Shown here one piece after another: positions 29,250-37,695 of a DNA stretch of 64,000 bases (position 1 is its first letter; each line of letters begins with the position of its first letter). Where the stretch lies: assembly GCA_964611285.1 (NCBI GenBank), contig CAZSZY010000002.1, positions 7,694 through 71,693 on the forward strand. The letters are read 5' to 3'. The DNA is from an uncultured Methanosarcinales archaeon (GTDB taxonomy: Archaea; Nanobdellota; Nanobdellia; Woesearchaeales; SKGA01). Position numbers and translations under genes: made by a program. The notes beneath the pieces are model-generated. The model searched no databases and was not told the DNA's origin. It saw only the letters and a list, made by a program, of their open reading frames with translations.

Positions 29250-29291
29250 CCGGTTGCGGGCTACCGGTCGCACACAAGCCCGCGCTTTTTC
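29250..29291 (+). terminator. GC-rich hairpin followed by a T-run
   Basis: gcgggct(N14)agcccgc then gcttttt, immediately before the rtcB stop. Confidence 0.45.
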
Positions 29292-30719
29292 TTATCCTTT
29301 AATAACGCCAAGAGGTTTAAGTTTAGCAACTAAGTTACCAATGTGTGCAGCATGGCTGACGTTCACTACTTCATCAACATCTTTGTACGCGCCAGGCGCT
29401 TCATCACCAACACCCTTAACTGATCGGGCTCTAAGAGTAATATGTTCTTTTGCGAGTGCTTCTTTGATTTGTTCACCATCATATTTTTTCTTAGCTGCAA
29501 AACGACTCATCAGTCTTCCTGCACCATGCGCAGTACTACCAAATGAAACATTCATACCTTCTTTTGTTCCAACCAAGACATACGATGATGTTCCCATACT
29601 ACCTGGAATAATAACTGGTTGGCCAGATTGTTGGTAATCTGCAGGCAAATCTTTGCTTCCCGGACCAAAAGCTCGCGTCGCACCTTTACGATGTACCATA
29701 ACTTCTTCTTCCTTACCATCAATCATATGCGTTTCTCGCTTAGCAATATTGTGCGCAACATCATACATCGTTTTAAACTTTGCATCAGGAAAAAAACTTT
29801 TGAATACTTCCTTTGCTTGATGACCAATCATATGACGATTAGCCCATGCAAAGTTTGCAGCAGCACACATAGCACCATAATATTCTTTACCAAGCTTGCT
29901 AGAAATTGGTGCATAAATTAAATCCTTCTCAGGAAGTTTTGCAATCACATCAGGATACTCATCTTCCATTAAACGCAAATAATCGCTTGCTATTTGATGA
30001 CCTAATGCTCGACTACCGCAATGAATCATAAAGACTACTTGATTTTCTTTTGTAATACCAAACGTTTTAGCAGTTTCTTTATCAAAAATTTCTCCAACGA
30101 ATTGAATTTCTAAAAAGTGATTACCAGCACCAAGTGTTCCTAATTGCCTTCTACCACGCGCTTTTGCTCTGTGAGACACAAACTCCGTCTTTGCACCAGG
30201 CATCTTTCCACTACCTTCGCAATGAATAACATCATCATCAATACCAATACCTTGAGAAACTAAATAAGCAGGACCTTCTAACATAACAGCATCAAGTTCT
30301 TCATCAGTTAATCTTTTTTTACTTTCATAACCTTTCCCTGAAGGAATTGCTTCAAATAATTTTTCTAGAATTTCAGGAACCTTCGGCTCAACTTCTTCTT
30401 TTGTTAAGGATGTAGTAATTAATCGTACACCGCAATTAATATCAAAACCAACACCACCAGGACTAATAATGCCTTCTTTCATATCAAAAGCAGCAACACC
30501 GCCAATAGAAAAACCATATCCTTGATGAGCATCAGGCATCATAAGAGATTCTCCTCTAATACCTGGAAGACGTGCAACATTCATGCCTTGCTCCAAAGAT
30601 CTATCTTTTTCAAGATGGTCCATTAAAGCAGGTGATGCAAAAATTCTTACTGGAACGTTCATAGTTCCTTCTTTTTTAATTACATAACTATATTCATTTT
30701 CTTGTACGGGTGTCACCAT
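29292..30719 (-). CDS. rtcB: RNA-splicing ligase RtcB
   Basis: 475 aa; His/Cys-rich metal-site segments (e.g. GAGNHFLEIQ) typical of RtcB. Confidence 0.9.
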   Translation of the reverse strand: MVTPVQENEYSYVIKKEGTMNVPVRIFASPALMDHLEKDRSLEQGMNVARLPGIRGESLMMPDAHQGYGFSIGGVAAFDMKEGIISPGGVGFDINCGVRLITTSLTKEEVEPKVPEILEKLFEAIPSGKGYESKKRLTDEELDAVMLEGPAYLVSQGIGIDDDVIHCEGSGKMPGAKTEFVSHRAKARGRRQLGTLGAGNHFLEIQFVGEIFDKETAKTFGITKENQVVFMIHCGSRALGHQIASDYLRLMEDEYPDVIAKLPEKDLIYAPISSKLGKEYYGAMCAAANFAWANRHMIGHQAKEVFKSFFPDAKFKTMYDVAHNIAKRETHMIDGKEEEVMVHRKGATRAFGPGSKDLPADYQQSGQPVIIPGSMGTSSYVLVGTKEGMNVSFGSTAHGAGRLMSRFAAKKKYDGEQIKEALAKEHITLRARSVKGVGDEAPGAYKDVDEVVNVSHAAHIGNLVAKLKPLGVIKG

Positions 30720-30799
30720 CGCTTAGCACCTCACACAATCATCAACCAAACAGCGTTCAGCAAGACTGGTGAACTGAAGAAAGGACAGGATATTTATAA

Positions 30800-31171
30800 A
30801 TGTCTTGGAAAGAATTAAAAGGACTGTTGAAAATAGAACTTTTTATGGTGGAAGCAAACGATATCCTGGGAAGAACAAAAACAGATAGAGATGTAGCTAA
30901 TTTTCTAAAAAAAGAAACAAGTACTCGTTTAGGAAAAGAATCACTTACAAGATATGCTGCCAGATTAGAAGGAGTTCTTGCAGGCATTGAAAGCGAGGAA
31001 ACCCAACACAATGTTGCGCAGTTTTGGATAGATGATGTCAAATCATATCAAATACGATTAAACAATTCGTTTGGAACATACAAAGAAAAAGTTGCTAAAT
31101 ATAATCTGGGAATAAGAATTCTAAAAAAATATTATGTTTCTACACTTGACTTAAGTCATCTTAAAGAATAA
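30800..31171 (+). CDS. hypothetical protein
   Basis: 123 aa ORF; the antisense ORF 30757..31041 looks spurious (S-rich). Confidence 0.45.
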   Translation: MSWKELKGLLKIELFMVEANDILGRTKTDRDVANFLKKETSTRLGKESLTRYAARLEGVLAGIESEETQHNVAQFWIDDVKSYQIRLNNSFGTYKEKVAKYNLGIRILKKYYVSTLDLSHLKE

Positions 31172-31182
31172 CATATACAACA

Positions 31183-31608
31183 CTAAATATCCACAACAAC
31201 AACTAATTCCCATTGACCGTTTTTCTTCTCAGTAACAGCCATCTCACTATACGTCATGTTCTTAATTTCAGTACGCAAGTCATAGTCATACTGTTTATCA
31301 CCAACAAGCGTTGCATTGAGTACGAACTCATCACCCTCCTTATCAATTGCTAAAGCTTCGACATGAGGAAGCAATAAGTCAGCATCATCAAAATAAAAAA
31401 CGAGTTCATTAAGAAAATCATACAATAGAGTTGTTAGCTTATTTGCAGAAAGTGTAATATCTCGACTTTCTTGTTTTTTTACATGCTCTTTACCCACAAG
31501 AATTTCATAAAACGCTTGCACACTTGTTGCGAACGCATCATCTAGAGATTTTGCAGTCACACGAAATTTTTCATCCGCAGTGTGCTCTAAGAATTCATAA
31601 CTTCCCAT
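31183..31608 (-). CDS. archease (RtcB cofactor)
   Basis: MGSYEFLEHTADEKFRV N-terminal archease signature; 141 aa; adjacent to rtcB. Confidence 0.8.
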   Translation of the reverse strand: MGSYEFLEHTADEKFRVTAKSLDDAFATSVQAFYEILVGKEHVKKQESRDITLSANKLTTLLYDFLNELVFYFDDADLLLPHVEALAIDKEGDEFVLNATLVGDKQYDYDLRTEIKNMTYSEMAVTEKKNGQWELVVVVDI

Positions 31609-32205
31609 TTACTCATCATACTCTTGCACTTTCATATAATCGCCCGTAGAAAACTCTTCTTTCTTTTCTTCAGTATAATCATCAAAGACACTTGGAAAAT
31701 CTGAATCTGAAGTCGTTGAAGGAGTTGATGAAGAACTAGGAGATGAAAACATATCAGTCATTGTAGTAGATGGACTGCTTGGTGGTGCTGGTTCTTCAGC
31801 AAACATATCAAAAACACCGCTAGATGATTGTGAAGATGAAATGGAAGTAGTAGATTGTGGTGTTGATGAACTTGCCATATTAAAGAAGGAACCAACAGTA
31901 TTTTGCGCAGGAGCTGGTTGCGGAGTAGGTTCTGGATTAGATGCAAACATATCTGCATAACTATTCTTTTCTTGTACAGGCTCACTTGTTGGCATCGTCG
32001 CAAACATATCAGTATAACCGGAACTTCCAGCAGGAGCATTATTTTGCATTGGCTCACTATAAGAAGGAGCTTGATAAGACTGTTCTTGATAATGTTGCGT
32101 TTGGCGCATAGGAGGCGCTCCAGAAGCGAAGTTTTGCAGAATAGCAATTATTTTCTGGATAGTGTGATGAGAATCTTTGTCCGTGTCAACAGTTATTCGA
32201 ACCAT
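31609..32205 (-). CDS. intrinsically disordered S/P/Q-rich protein with repeated [Y/V/T]xDMF[A/S] motifs
   Basis: YTDMFAT, YADMFAS, VFDMFAE, MTDMFSS repeats; stop abuts the archease start codon. Confidence 0.5.
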   Translation of the reverse strand: MVRITVDTDKDSHHTIQKIIAILQNFASGAPPMRQTQHYQEQSYQAPSYSEPMQNNAPAGSSGYTDMFATMPTSEPVQEKNSYADMFASNPEPTPQPAPAQNTVGSFFNMASSSTPQSTTSISSSQSSSGVFDMFAEEPAPPSSPSTTMTDMFSSPSSSSTPSTTSDSDFPSVFDDYTEEKKEEFSTGDYMKVQEYDE

Positions 32206-32263
32206 ATAAAGTAATCTAGATTAAAGTCCTATATAATTATGTCGAAATTTCTTTAAAAGAACG

Positions 32264-33379
32264 CTATAACTCGGTTTTTTCCACAATAAAATGATCATCT
32301 GTAGGGTATTCTTTTACAATTGCGGCTCGCAAATATGTTTTCCAATTAAAATTAACATCTTCTAAAAGTTTTGGCCAGAGTTGTTCTAATAAAGAAGCAT
32401 TCACTAATAGTCGTTCACCATCTAAGAAAACATCTTCAGCAGGCATCTCAAATTCATCAATTAAAACAGACCGCAAGTCTTCCAACGTAATTTTTCCTTG
32501 ACGCTTTAAACGAAACTCGCCCCTGGTTAGTAACCCTTGATAATCAACTTCATCAAATGGCTGCGCAACTTTTTGTGCTCGAAGAAGAAATCTATTTCCT
32601 AATTGTACAGCATCTTTAAAGGAAGAAGAGCAATAATGAACACGTAAACGGATTTCCTTACCATACGCAACTAATTCCTGAGCAACAGCTTCACTATCTT
32701 GAATACCATATGATAATGTATCCTTTACAAAGAAACCTTCTTTTGCCAAGTCAGAATTACTAATATCGCTGTATTCAAGTTCATTAATATTTACAAAATC
32801 AATTTTATTCTCTTTGCAAAAATCAAGCATCTTTTTTGATAAATCAAGCTTGCCAGGAATTGCAGGAACTTCAACACCTACTTTCAGTTTTAGTTCGTTT
32901 GCAAATAATATTCTTTTCCACAAAGTATCATCTTCTACATTAAGATGAAAACGAATTTCATCAAGACCCACGCTATCAAGATGCAATAATTTTTCTTTTG
33001 TTACAAATTGAGGAGAGGTGTATAAATGAATATGGAATTTTTTTCCAAATTCTTTTTTTAATTCTTTAATATAATGATAAGTTCTACGCGGAACGGCTAA
33101 AGGATCACCACCAGTAATGCCAACACCTTTAGATTGACAGAGAGTTATTTCCAAAAACAATTCTTCTAAAGCAGATGCTGCATCAGGATGAAGAATTTCT
33201 TTTTCATTAATTTTGACTGTTTCTTTTTTTCGTTTATCATCACTAATAGGACAATAAAAACATTCGTAATGACAAATACTTGTTATGAAAAGAACAGACT
33301 TTCGTCCTTTCAGGCATAGCTTGCAACCTTTGGTAAGGCGTCCTGTCTTTACTTTCTTTTGTTTTACTAATTTTACCAT
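32264..33379 (-). CDS. radical SAM protein with an N-terminal Cys pair
   Basis: ICHYECFYC (Cx3Cx2C) preceded by GCKLCLKG; 371 aa; exact family not assigned. Confidence 0.65.
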   Translation of the reverse strand: MVKLVKQKKVKTGRLTKGCKLCLKGRKSVLFITSICHYECFYCPISDDKRKKETVKINEKEILHPDAASALEELFLEITLCQSKGVGITGGDPLAVPRRTYHYIKELKKEFGKKFHIHLYTSPQFVTKEKLLHLDSVGLDEIRFHLNVEDDTLWKRILFANELKLKVGVEVPAIPGKLDLSKKMLDFCKENKIDFVNINELEYSDISNSDLAKEGFFVKDTLSYGIQDSEAVAQELVAYGKEIRLRVHYCSSSFKDAVQLGNRFLLRAQKVAQPFDEVDYQGLLTRGEFRLKRQGKITLEDLRSVLIDEFEMPAEDVFLDGERLLVNASLLEQLWPKLLEDVNFNWKTYLRAAIVKEYPTDDHFIVEKTEL

Positions 33380-33388
33380 TTTTTATCA

Positions 33389-33658
33389 CTAATTATTCTT
33401 ATATTTTAATGTTAATACAAACGATAAGGCCCAACCTAAAATTCCAACACCAAAACTAATAATGATAGGAATATCTCGCAATGCAATACCATACAACATC
33501 CAAAACGTCGTACCTATGAAAAAAATACCTTGCATGAGTGCACTTACATCTTTTGCGCTTTTATGTTTGTAAATTTTATACGCTTGCATATACGGACCAA
33601 TACTCATAACTACGCCAAAAATCGAAGTTATTATTGCTAAGATTTCTACGTATATCAT
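33389..33658 (-). CDS. SemiSWEET / PQ-loop family small transporter
   Basis: 89 aa, 3 TM helices, GPYMQAYKIYKHKSAKDVS PQ-loop motif. Confidence 0.65.
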   Translation of the reverse strand: MIYVEILAIITSIFGVVMSIGPYMQAYKIYKHKSAKDVSALMQGIFFIGTTFWMLYGIALRDIPIIISFGVGILGWALSFVLTLKYKNN

Positions 33659-33664
33659 TTTTAT

Positions 33665-34444
33665 TTATAGAAATAACTTTTGATAGTTCATAAATATTTG
33701 GTCGGCCATTTCAACTTCTGTTAGCCCTTTTAATTCTGCAAGCTTCTTAATTGTGATTGTAACGTTTGCTGGTTCGTTTGTTAAACCTGGCTGTGGACCT
33801 AAATACGGCGCGTCTGTTTCTGTTAATAATTGATTATTGCTTGCTTCTTTAACCATATCTTGAAACTGTTGTAGTTTAGTTACAATCACAGGTACTGATA
33901 CGGACCAACCATTATCAATAACTTGCTTTACTAGTTTTTTCTTACCGCTAAAGCAATGCATAATTATTTTTTTAGCAGATGAACTTTCAAGCATTTCAAT
34001 AGCTTCTTGCTCTGCTTTTCGTGAATGAATAATTAAAGGAATATTTTGTTTTTCTGCAAGACCGATGAATTTCTCAAATGCACTCGTTTGTTTTTTGAAA
34101 AGTTCGTCTTGTGTGCCTTTGACTTTATAGTGTTCTATATTATCCCATTTTTTATCAAGGCCAATTTCGCCAAGCGCAACAGGTTTACTTTTTTTAATGA
34201 AATCAAGTTCTTCATCAAACTCTTCTTCTGAAACTTCAGGAACGTGCCAAGGATAATAGCCAAGAGCAGGTTTGATCATCTTGTTTGTTTTGGAAAGTTC
34301 TAAGACTTTTCGATTACTCTCTGGCGTCACGCCATTTGCAACAATTGCCTTTACATTAGCATTTGCAGCATTTTGAAGAACTGCGTCTAGCTTCTCAGAA
34401 AGAGGGGGGAAGTCAAGATGAGCATGCACATCAACTAAGTTCAT
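33665..34444 (-). CDS. tatD: TatD family metal-dependent hydrolase (DNase)
   Basis: MNLVDVHAHLDF N-terminus; ...IIHSRKA...; 259 aa. Confidence 0.85.
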   Translation of the reverse strand: MNLVDVHAHLDFPPLSEKLDAVLQNAANANVKAIVANGVTPESNRKVLELSKTNKMIKPALGYYPWHVPEVSEEEFDEELDFIKKSKPVALGEIGLDKKWDNIEHYKVKGTQDELFKKQTSAFEKFIGLAEKQNIPLIIHSRKAEQEAIEMLESSSAKKIIMHCFSGKKKLVKQVIDNGWSVSVPVIVTKLQQFQDMVKEASNNQLLTETDAPYLGPQPGLTNEPANVTITIKKLAELKGLTEVEMADQIFMNYQKLFL

Positions 34445-34500
34445 ACTCCTAGCTACAAGCTTAGTATATATAAAACTTAAGAATTCAGAAAAAACAATAA

Positions 34501-34896
34501 TTACTTATCGTGACGCATTTTTTTGAAGCTCTCGATGATATCAATCATATACTTACCATCTTCAAGCTTGTAAATGAGCGGTTGCTTTGATTTGAAAAGG
34601 TTAACAAGATCTAATTCATATTTTCCTGGTTTAAGAATTTTAATACTTTCAATATCAAGAATAATTGGCTTATCTCTATCTACATCCTCGCCTAAGATAT
34701 CATAGACATCACTTTCTATCTGCTTCTTATCTTCAGTACTGAGATTAAATAACTGTGGCTCTTCAGTTTTGAGCTCCTCTAAACGTTCTTTTTTCACGTA
34801 GAAAAAAAGTTTTCCACCACAACTAGAACAACCATGAAGAATGTCTTTTGCACCATCTTCGTAAAATGCGCCACAAGAAACACATTGGTGAGGCAT
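34501..34896 (-). CDS. Zn-ribbon protein (member of a conserved archaeal trio)
   Basis: CVSCGAFYE...HGCSSCGG C4 ribbon at the N-terminus; 131 aa. Confidence 0.5.
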   Translation of the reverse strand: MPHQCVSCGAFYEDGAKDILHGCSSCGGKLFFYVKKERLEELKTEEPQLFNLSTEDKKQIESDVYDILGEDVDRDKPIILDIESIKILKPGKYELDLVNLFKSKQPLIYKLEDGKYMIDIIESFKKMRHDK

Positions 34897-35273
34897 TATC
34901 GACTCCTCATATCCTTCGTAAAGAGTTGTATTTTATCAGGATCTTGTTTAATCTCTTTTATAACATTAGCAGGTCCAATAATAGTCATACCACGTCGGTT
35001 ACCAAGAATCATATTTACAAAAGATTGTTTGAGTTTTGCAAAGAAAGCCACATTCTTTGACTCAGGATAAATAACAGAAAGCTCAATTCCTGTAAATTTT
35101 GCACTAATCTCTTCCATTGTTTTTCGGATTAATTCTGTTTCTTCTTCACTTTGAAGACGACCTTCGAGGAGAATGATTTTATCAGTTTTTACCAGTCGAA
35201 GTAATTTTGCAATTCGTTTCTCTGAAGTAAGATGCTCGATTTCTGTGTATGGGAGGAATTGTAGCGTTAACAT
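34896..35273 (-). CDS. conserved uncharacterised archaeal protein (DUF2073-like by recollection)
   Basis: 125 aa; translationally coupled on both sides (start/stop overlaps). Confidence 0.45.
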   Translation of the reverse strand: MLTLQFLPYTEIEHLTSEKRIAKLLRLVKTDKIILLEGRLQSEEETELIRKTMEEISAKFTGIELSVIYPESKNVAFFAKLKQSFVNMILGNRRGMTIIGPANVIKEIKQDPDKIQLFTKDMRSR

Positions 35274-35909
35274 TTACTTAGTCACCTCAAATAACGCTTC
35301 ATAGAATTTATCAATATTCTTTCCTTCTTTTGCACTAATTCCTAATACTTGATATTGAGGGAATGCTGATTGAATTTTCTTAATATCAGCTTTCTTCAGA
35401 TCAATTTTGTTAGCAATTACTAAAACAGGAATTTTTCTTGCCTCAAGATTACCAATAATTGTAATATTTACTTGTGAATAAGGATCTTTTGTAGCGTCAA
35501 GCACAATAACTACAGCAGTCATATCATCTAGCCATTTAATAGAACTAATAACTCCTTTTGTTGCTTCTTTTGCTCGCTCTTTTGCTTCTTTCTCTTTCAA
35601 ACCATCCTTAATGAAATCTTCATAATCAATTTTAGTTGCAATACCAGGAGTATCCACGAGATTAAAGGTGAGTTCTCGTCCATTCTTGCCCTTGATGATA
35701 ATTTGTTCTTTTATCTGAACTTCTCGTGTTTCGTGAGCTATACTACTGACAGCACCCATAGACTCTCCCAACCAATCTTCACAAATACGATTAGCAAGAG
35801 TGGTTTTACCACCATTTGGAGGGCCATAGAGGCCTAGTTTAATGTCCTTTTTTTTACCAAATAACTTAGTAAAGAATTTTTCAGCGAATTTTTTGAAAAT
35901 GTTAGCCAT
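35274..35909 (-). CDS. small Ras-superfamily GTPase with an N-terminal amphipathic helix
   Basis: G1 GPPNGGKTT, G3 DTPG, G4 NKID, G5 SAK; N-terminus MANIFKKFAEKFFTKLF. Confidence 0.75.
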   Translation of the reverse strand: MANIFKKFAEKFFTKLFGKKKDIKLGLYGPPNGGKTTLANRICEDWLGESMGAVSSIAHETREVQIKEQIIIKGKNGRELTFNLVDTPGIATKIDYEDFIKDGLKEKEAKERAKEATKGVISSIKWLDDMTAVVIVLDATKDPYSQVNITIIGNLEARKIPVLVIANKIDLKKADIKKIQSAFPQYQVLGISAKEGKNIDKFYEALFEVTK

Positions 35910-36080
35910 AATACTAGAAAAAAGAAGTTAGTACGTTTAAAAAGCTTTCGCAGTCATTTCCACTAGGCGAGAGAAGTCGCATGCGCTAACACCACACATA
36001 ACTGCTTTGGCGTGAACACTTAGCGCCTAAATAAGAAAATTACTAGAAAAATGAGAGAAAAAGAAAAAATGGATTAAGAA

Positions 36081-36245
36081 TTACTTTTTTGTCCAACTAT
36101 AAGAGCGAAGCTTGGAAGATTTGCCAAAGCCACAACTAGCACATACTTTGTCTCTTACATGATAGGTGTGATTACCACACCGTCTGCAAGGAATATGTGT
36201 TTTCTTTCCGGAATGTTTACCTTGTGATGCTGTGCCTTTACTCAT
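36081..36245 (-). CDS. rpl37e: 50S ribosomal protein L37e
   Basis: 54 aa [40 protein letters not shown]...; not in the ORF track because under 60 aa. Confidence 0.85.
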   Translation of the reverse strand: MSKGTASQGKHSGKKTHIPCRRCGNHTYHVRDKVCASCGFGKSSKLRSYSWTKK

Positions 36246-36255
36246 TTACTTCACC

Positions 36256-36576
36256 TTATTGAACTGAAATGTTCGTGATTGTATCTCCTCGAATAAAAAC
36301 AGTACCTAACTTTCGTTTAAGCTGTTTATCGCCTTCATAAGCTTCTTCTGAGATCTTCTCATCAATTACTTTGATAACCTTTTTTGTGTTTGGTTCGTAT
36401 TCTTCAGCTTCTTCTAGTACCGTGTTAATGTGGATATCGAAAGCTTGAAGTTTTCCAACATAGCGCCAACCATTCTTAAGGTCGACAATAACTCGCTTAC
36501 CACGAGACTTGTTAAGCGCATCTAAAGGTCTTGACATTGCATTTTCCATTTTTATTTCACCTAAAATATAAGACAA
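36256..36576 (-). CDS. Sm-like archaeal protein (SmAP/LSm)
   Basis: PLDALNKSRGKRVIVDLKNG...GKLQAFDIHINTVL Sm1 motif; a conserved Sm-L37e gene pair. Confidence 0.8.
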   Translation of the reverse strand: MSYILGEIKMENAMSRPLDALNKSRGKRVIVDLKNGWRYVGKLQAFDIHINTVLEEAEEYEPNTKKVIKVIDEKISEEAYEGDKQLKRKLGTVFIRGDTITNISVQ

Positions 36577-36622
36577 AAGGTCTATCGCTGAGAACTCATA
36601 CCTCTTTTATAAACCTATTGCT

Positions 36623-37663
36623 TTAGAGAGCGTCTAGATTGAGTGTTGCTGTAATAATAGTGCCTGAAACTTCAAATAAGGTGTCTGAAATGGCTTCTGC
36701 AGCAACAATATTTGCTTTCACTTGGTCAGTTACTTCTTTTACTTTAATTTCGCCACCAACAAGCGCGAGAAGCATAATTAGTTGATCTGCACAGAATTCA
36801 TCAATCGCAGGAGATGTTAATTCATTAACAAATCCTTGCACAAAACCAATAAACTCTTTTTCTAAAGCATCAGTGTTTGGCTGGTGCTGTAATACAATAT
36901 CTTTACCGATAACAAAGGGTTTATCATTATCAAAACCTAATTCATTTCCATAAAACGCAAACACGCCAGCAGCAATGCCTGGTGTTTCCGAAGCAACATA
37001 TCTAGTAACAACTTGTAGTTGAGGGTGCGTAAGTCTTGCAAGACGCTCTAAGTGTTCTAAAACAGTAGAATCAACATAATCTTTGCTTGCAATTATTTCC
37101 ATTCGAATACCTGCAAGAGACTCTCCTCCCGAAACATATAATGGGGGAAGACGATTAACACGACCTTTCACAATTACTTCAACATCGCCTGATGATTCAA
37201 AACCAAATGAATTAACACGCAATACTAATTGATCAACTAAAGAATTGACATAACGAAAAAAGACTTGCTGCATGTAGGTTGTTGTTGGAGCATGAAGCTC
37301 GTGCGTTCTTCCTGTAAGAAGAAAGCGAACTTTTTGTCTGGAAAAAAGAGCTGGAAGCAACAAACCTTGCAAAGCTAGTGAAACGCTACCTTGCAAACCT
37401 AAAGCAACTTTTTTTTGTGACCAAGGATGAGTAGGACTAAAAGATATTGTTGTTGAACCTGTTTCAACACCAAAAAGTTTTGCATCAGTTGCTGTTGCTA
37501 AAGCACGAATAAGAGCAATTTTATCAGCAGAAAGCCCTTGAAAGGTTCGTTCTAAAGCAATATTTTCTATGGTTACAGGTTTTTGTAAAATTGCAGAAAG
37601 TACAAGCGCAGTTCTTAGAAACGAACCACCACCCCCAATTGGACCTGCATCAAGTCGTATCAT
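36623..37663 (-). CDS. rtcA: RNA 3'-terminal phosphate cyclase
   Basis: MIRLDAGPIGGGGSFLRTALVLSAILQKPVTIENI N-terminus typical of RtcA; 346 aa. Confidence 0.85.
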   Translation of the reverse strand: MIRLDAGPIGGGGSFLRTALVLSAILQKPVTIENIALERTFQGLSADKIALIRALATATDAKLFGVETGSTTISFSPTHPWSQKKVALGLQGSVSLALQGLLLPALFSRQKVRFLLTGRTHELHAPTTTYMQQVFFRYVNSLVDQLVLRVNSFGFESSGDVEVIVKGRVNRLPPLYVSGGESLAGIRMEIIASKDYVDSTVLEHLERLARLTHPQLQVVTRYVASETPGIAAGVFAFYGNELGFDNDKPFVIGKDIVLQHQPNTDALEKEFIGFVQGFVNELTSPAIDEFCADQLIMLLALVGGEIKVKEVTDQVKANIVAAEAISDTLFEVSGTIITATLNLDAL

Positions 37664-37695
37664 AAGAAATGAAAATCCTTCTGAGTATAAGAATT

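Noticed and set aside
30757-31041. 94-aa minus-strand ORF
   Set aside because: Ser-rich low-complexity antisense of the more protein-like 30800..31171 plus-strand ORF.
31758-32214. ORFs 31758..32147 (-) and 31903..32214 (+) overlapping the DMF-repeat gene
   Set aside because: Alternative frames of a low-complexity region; the S/P/Q-rich frame with repeated DMF motifs and coupling to archease is the coherent one.
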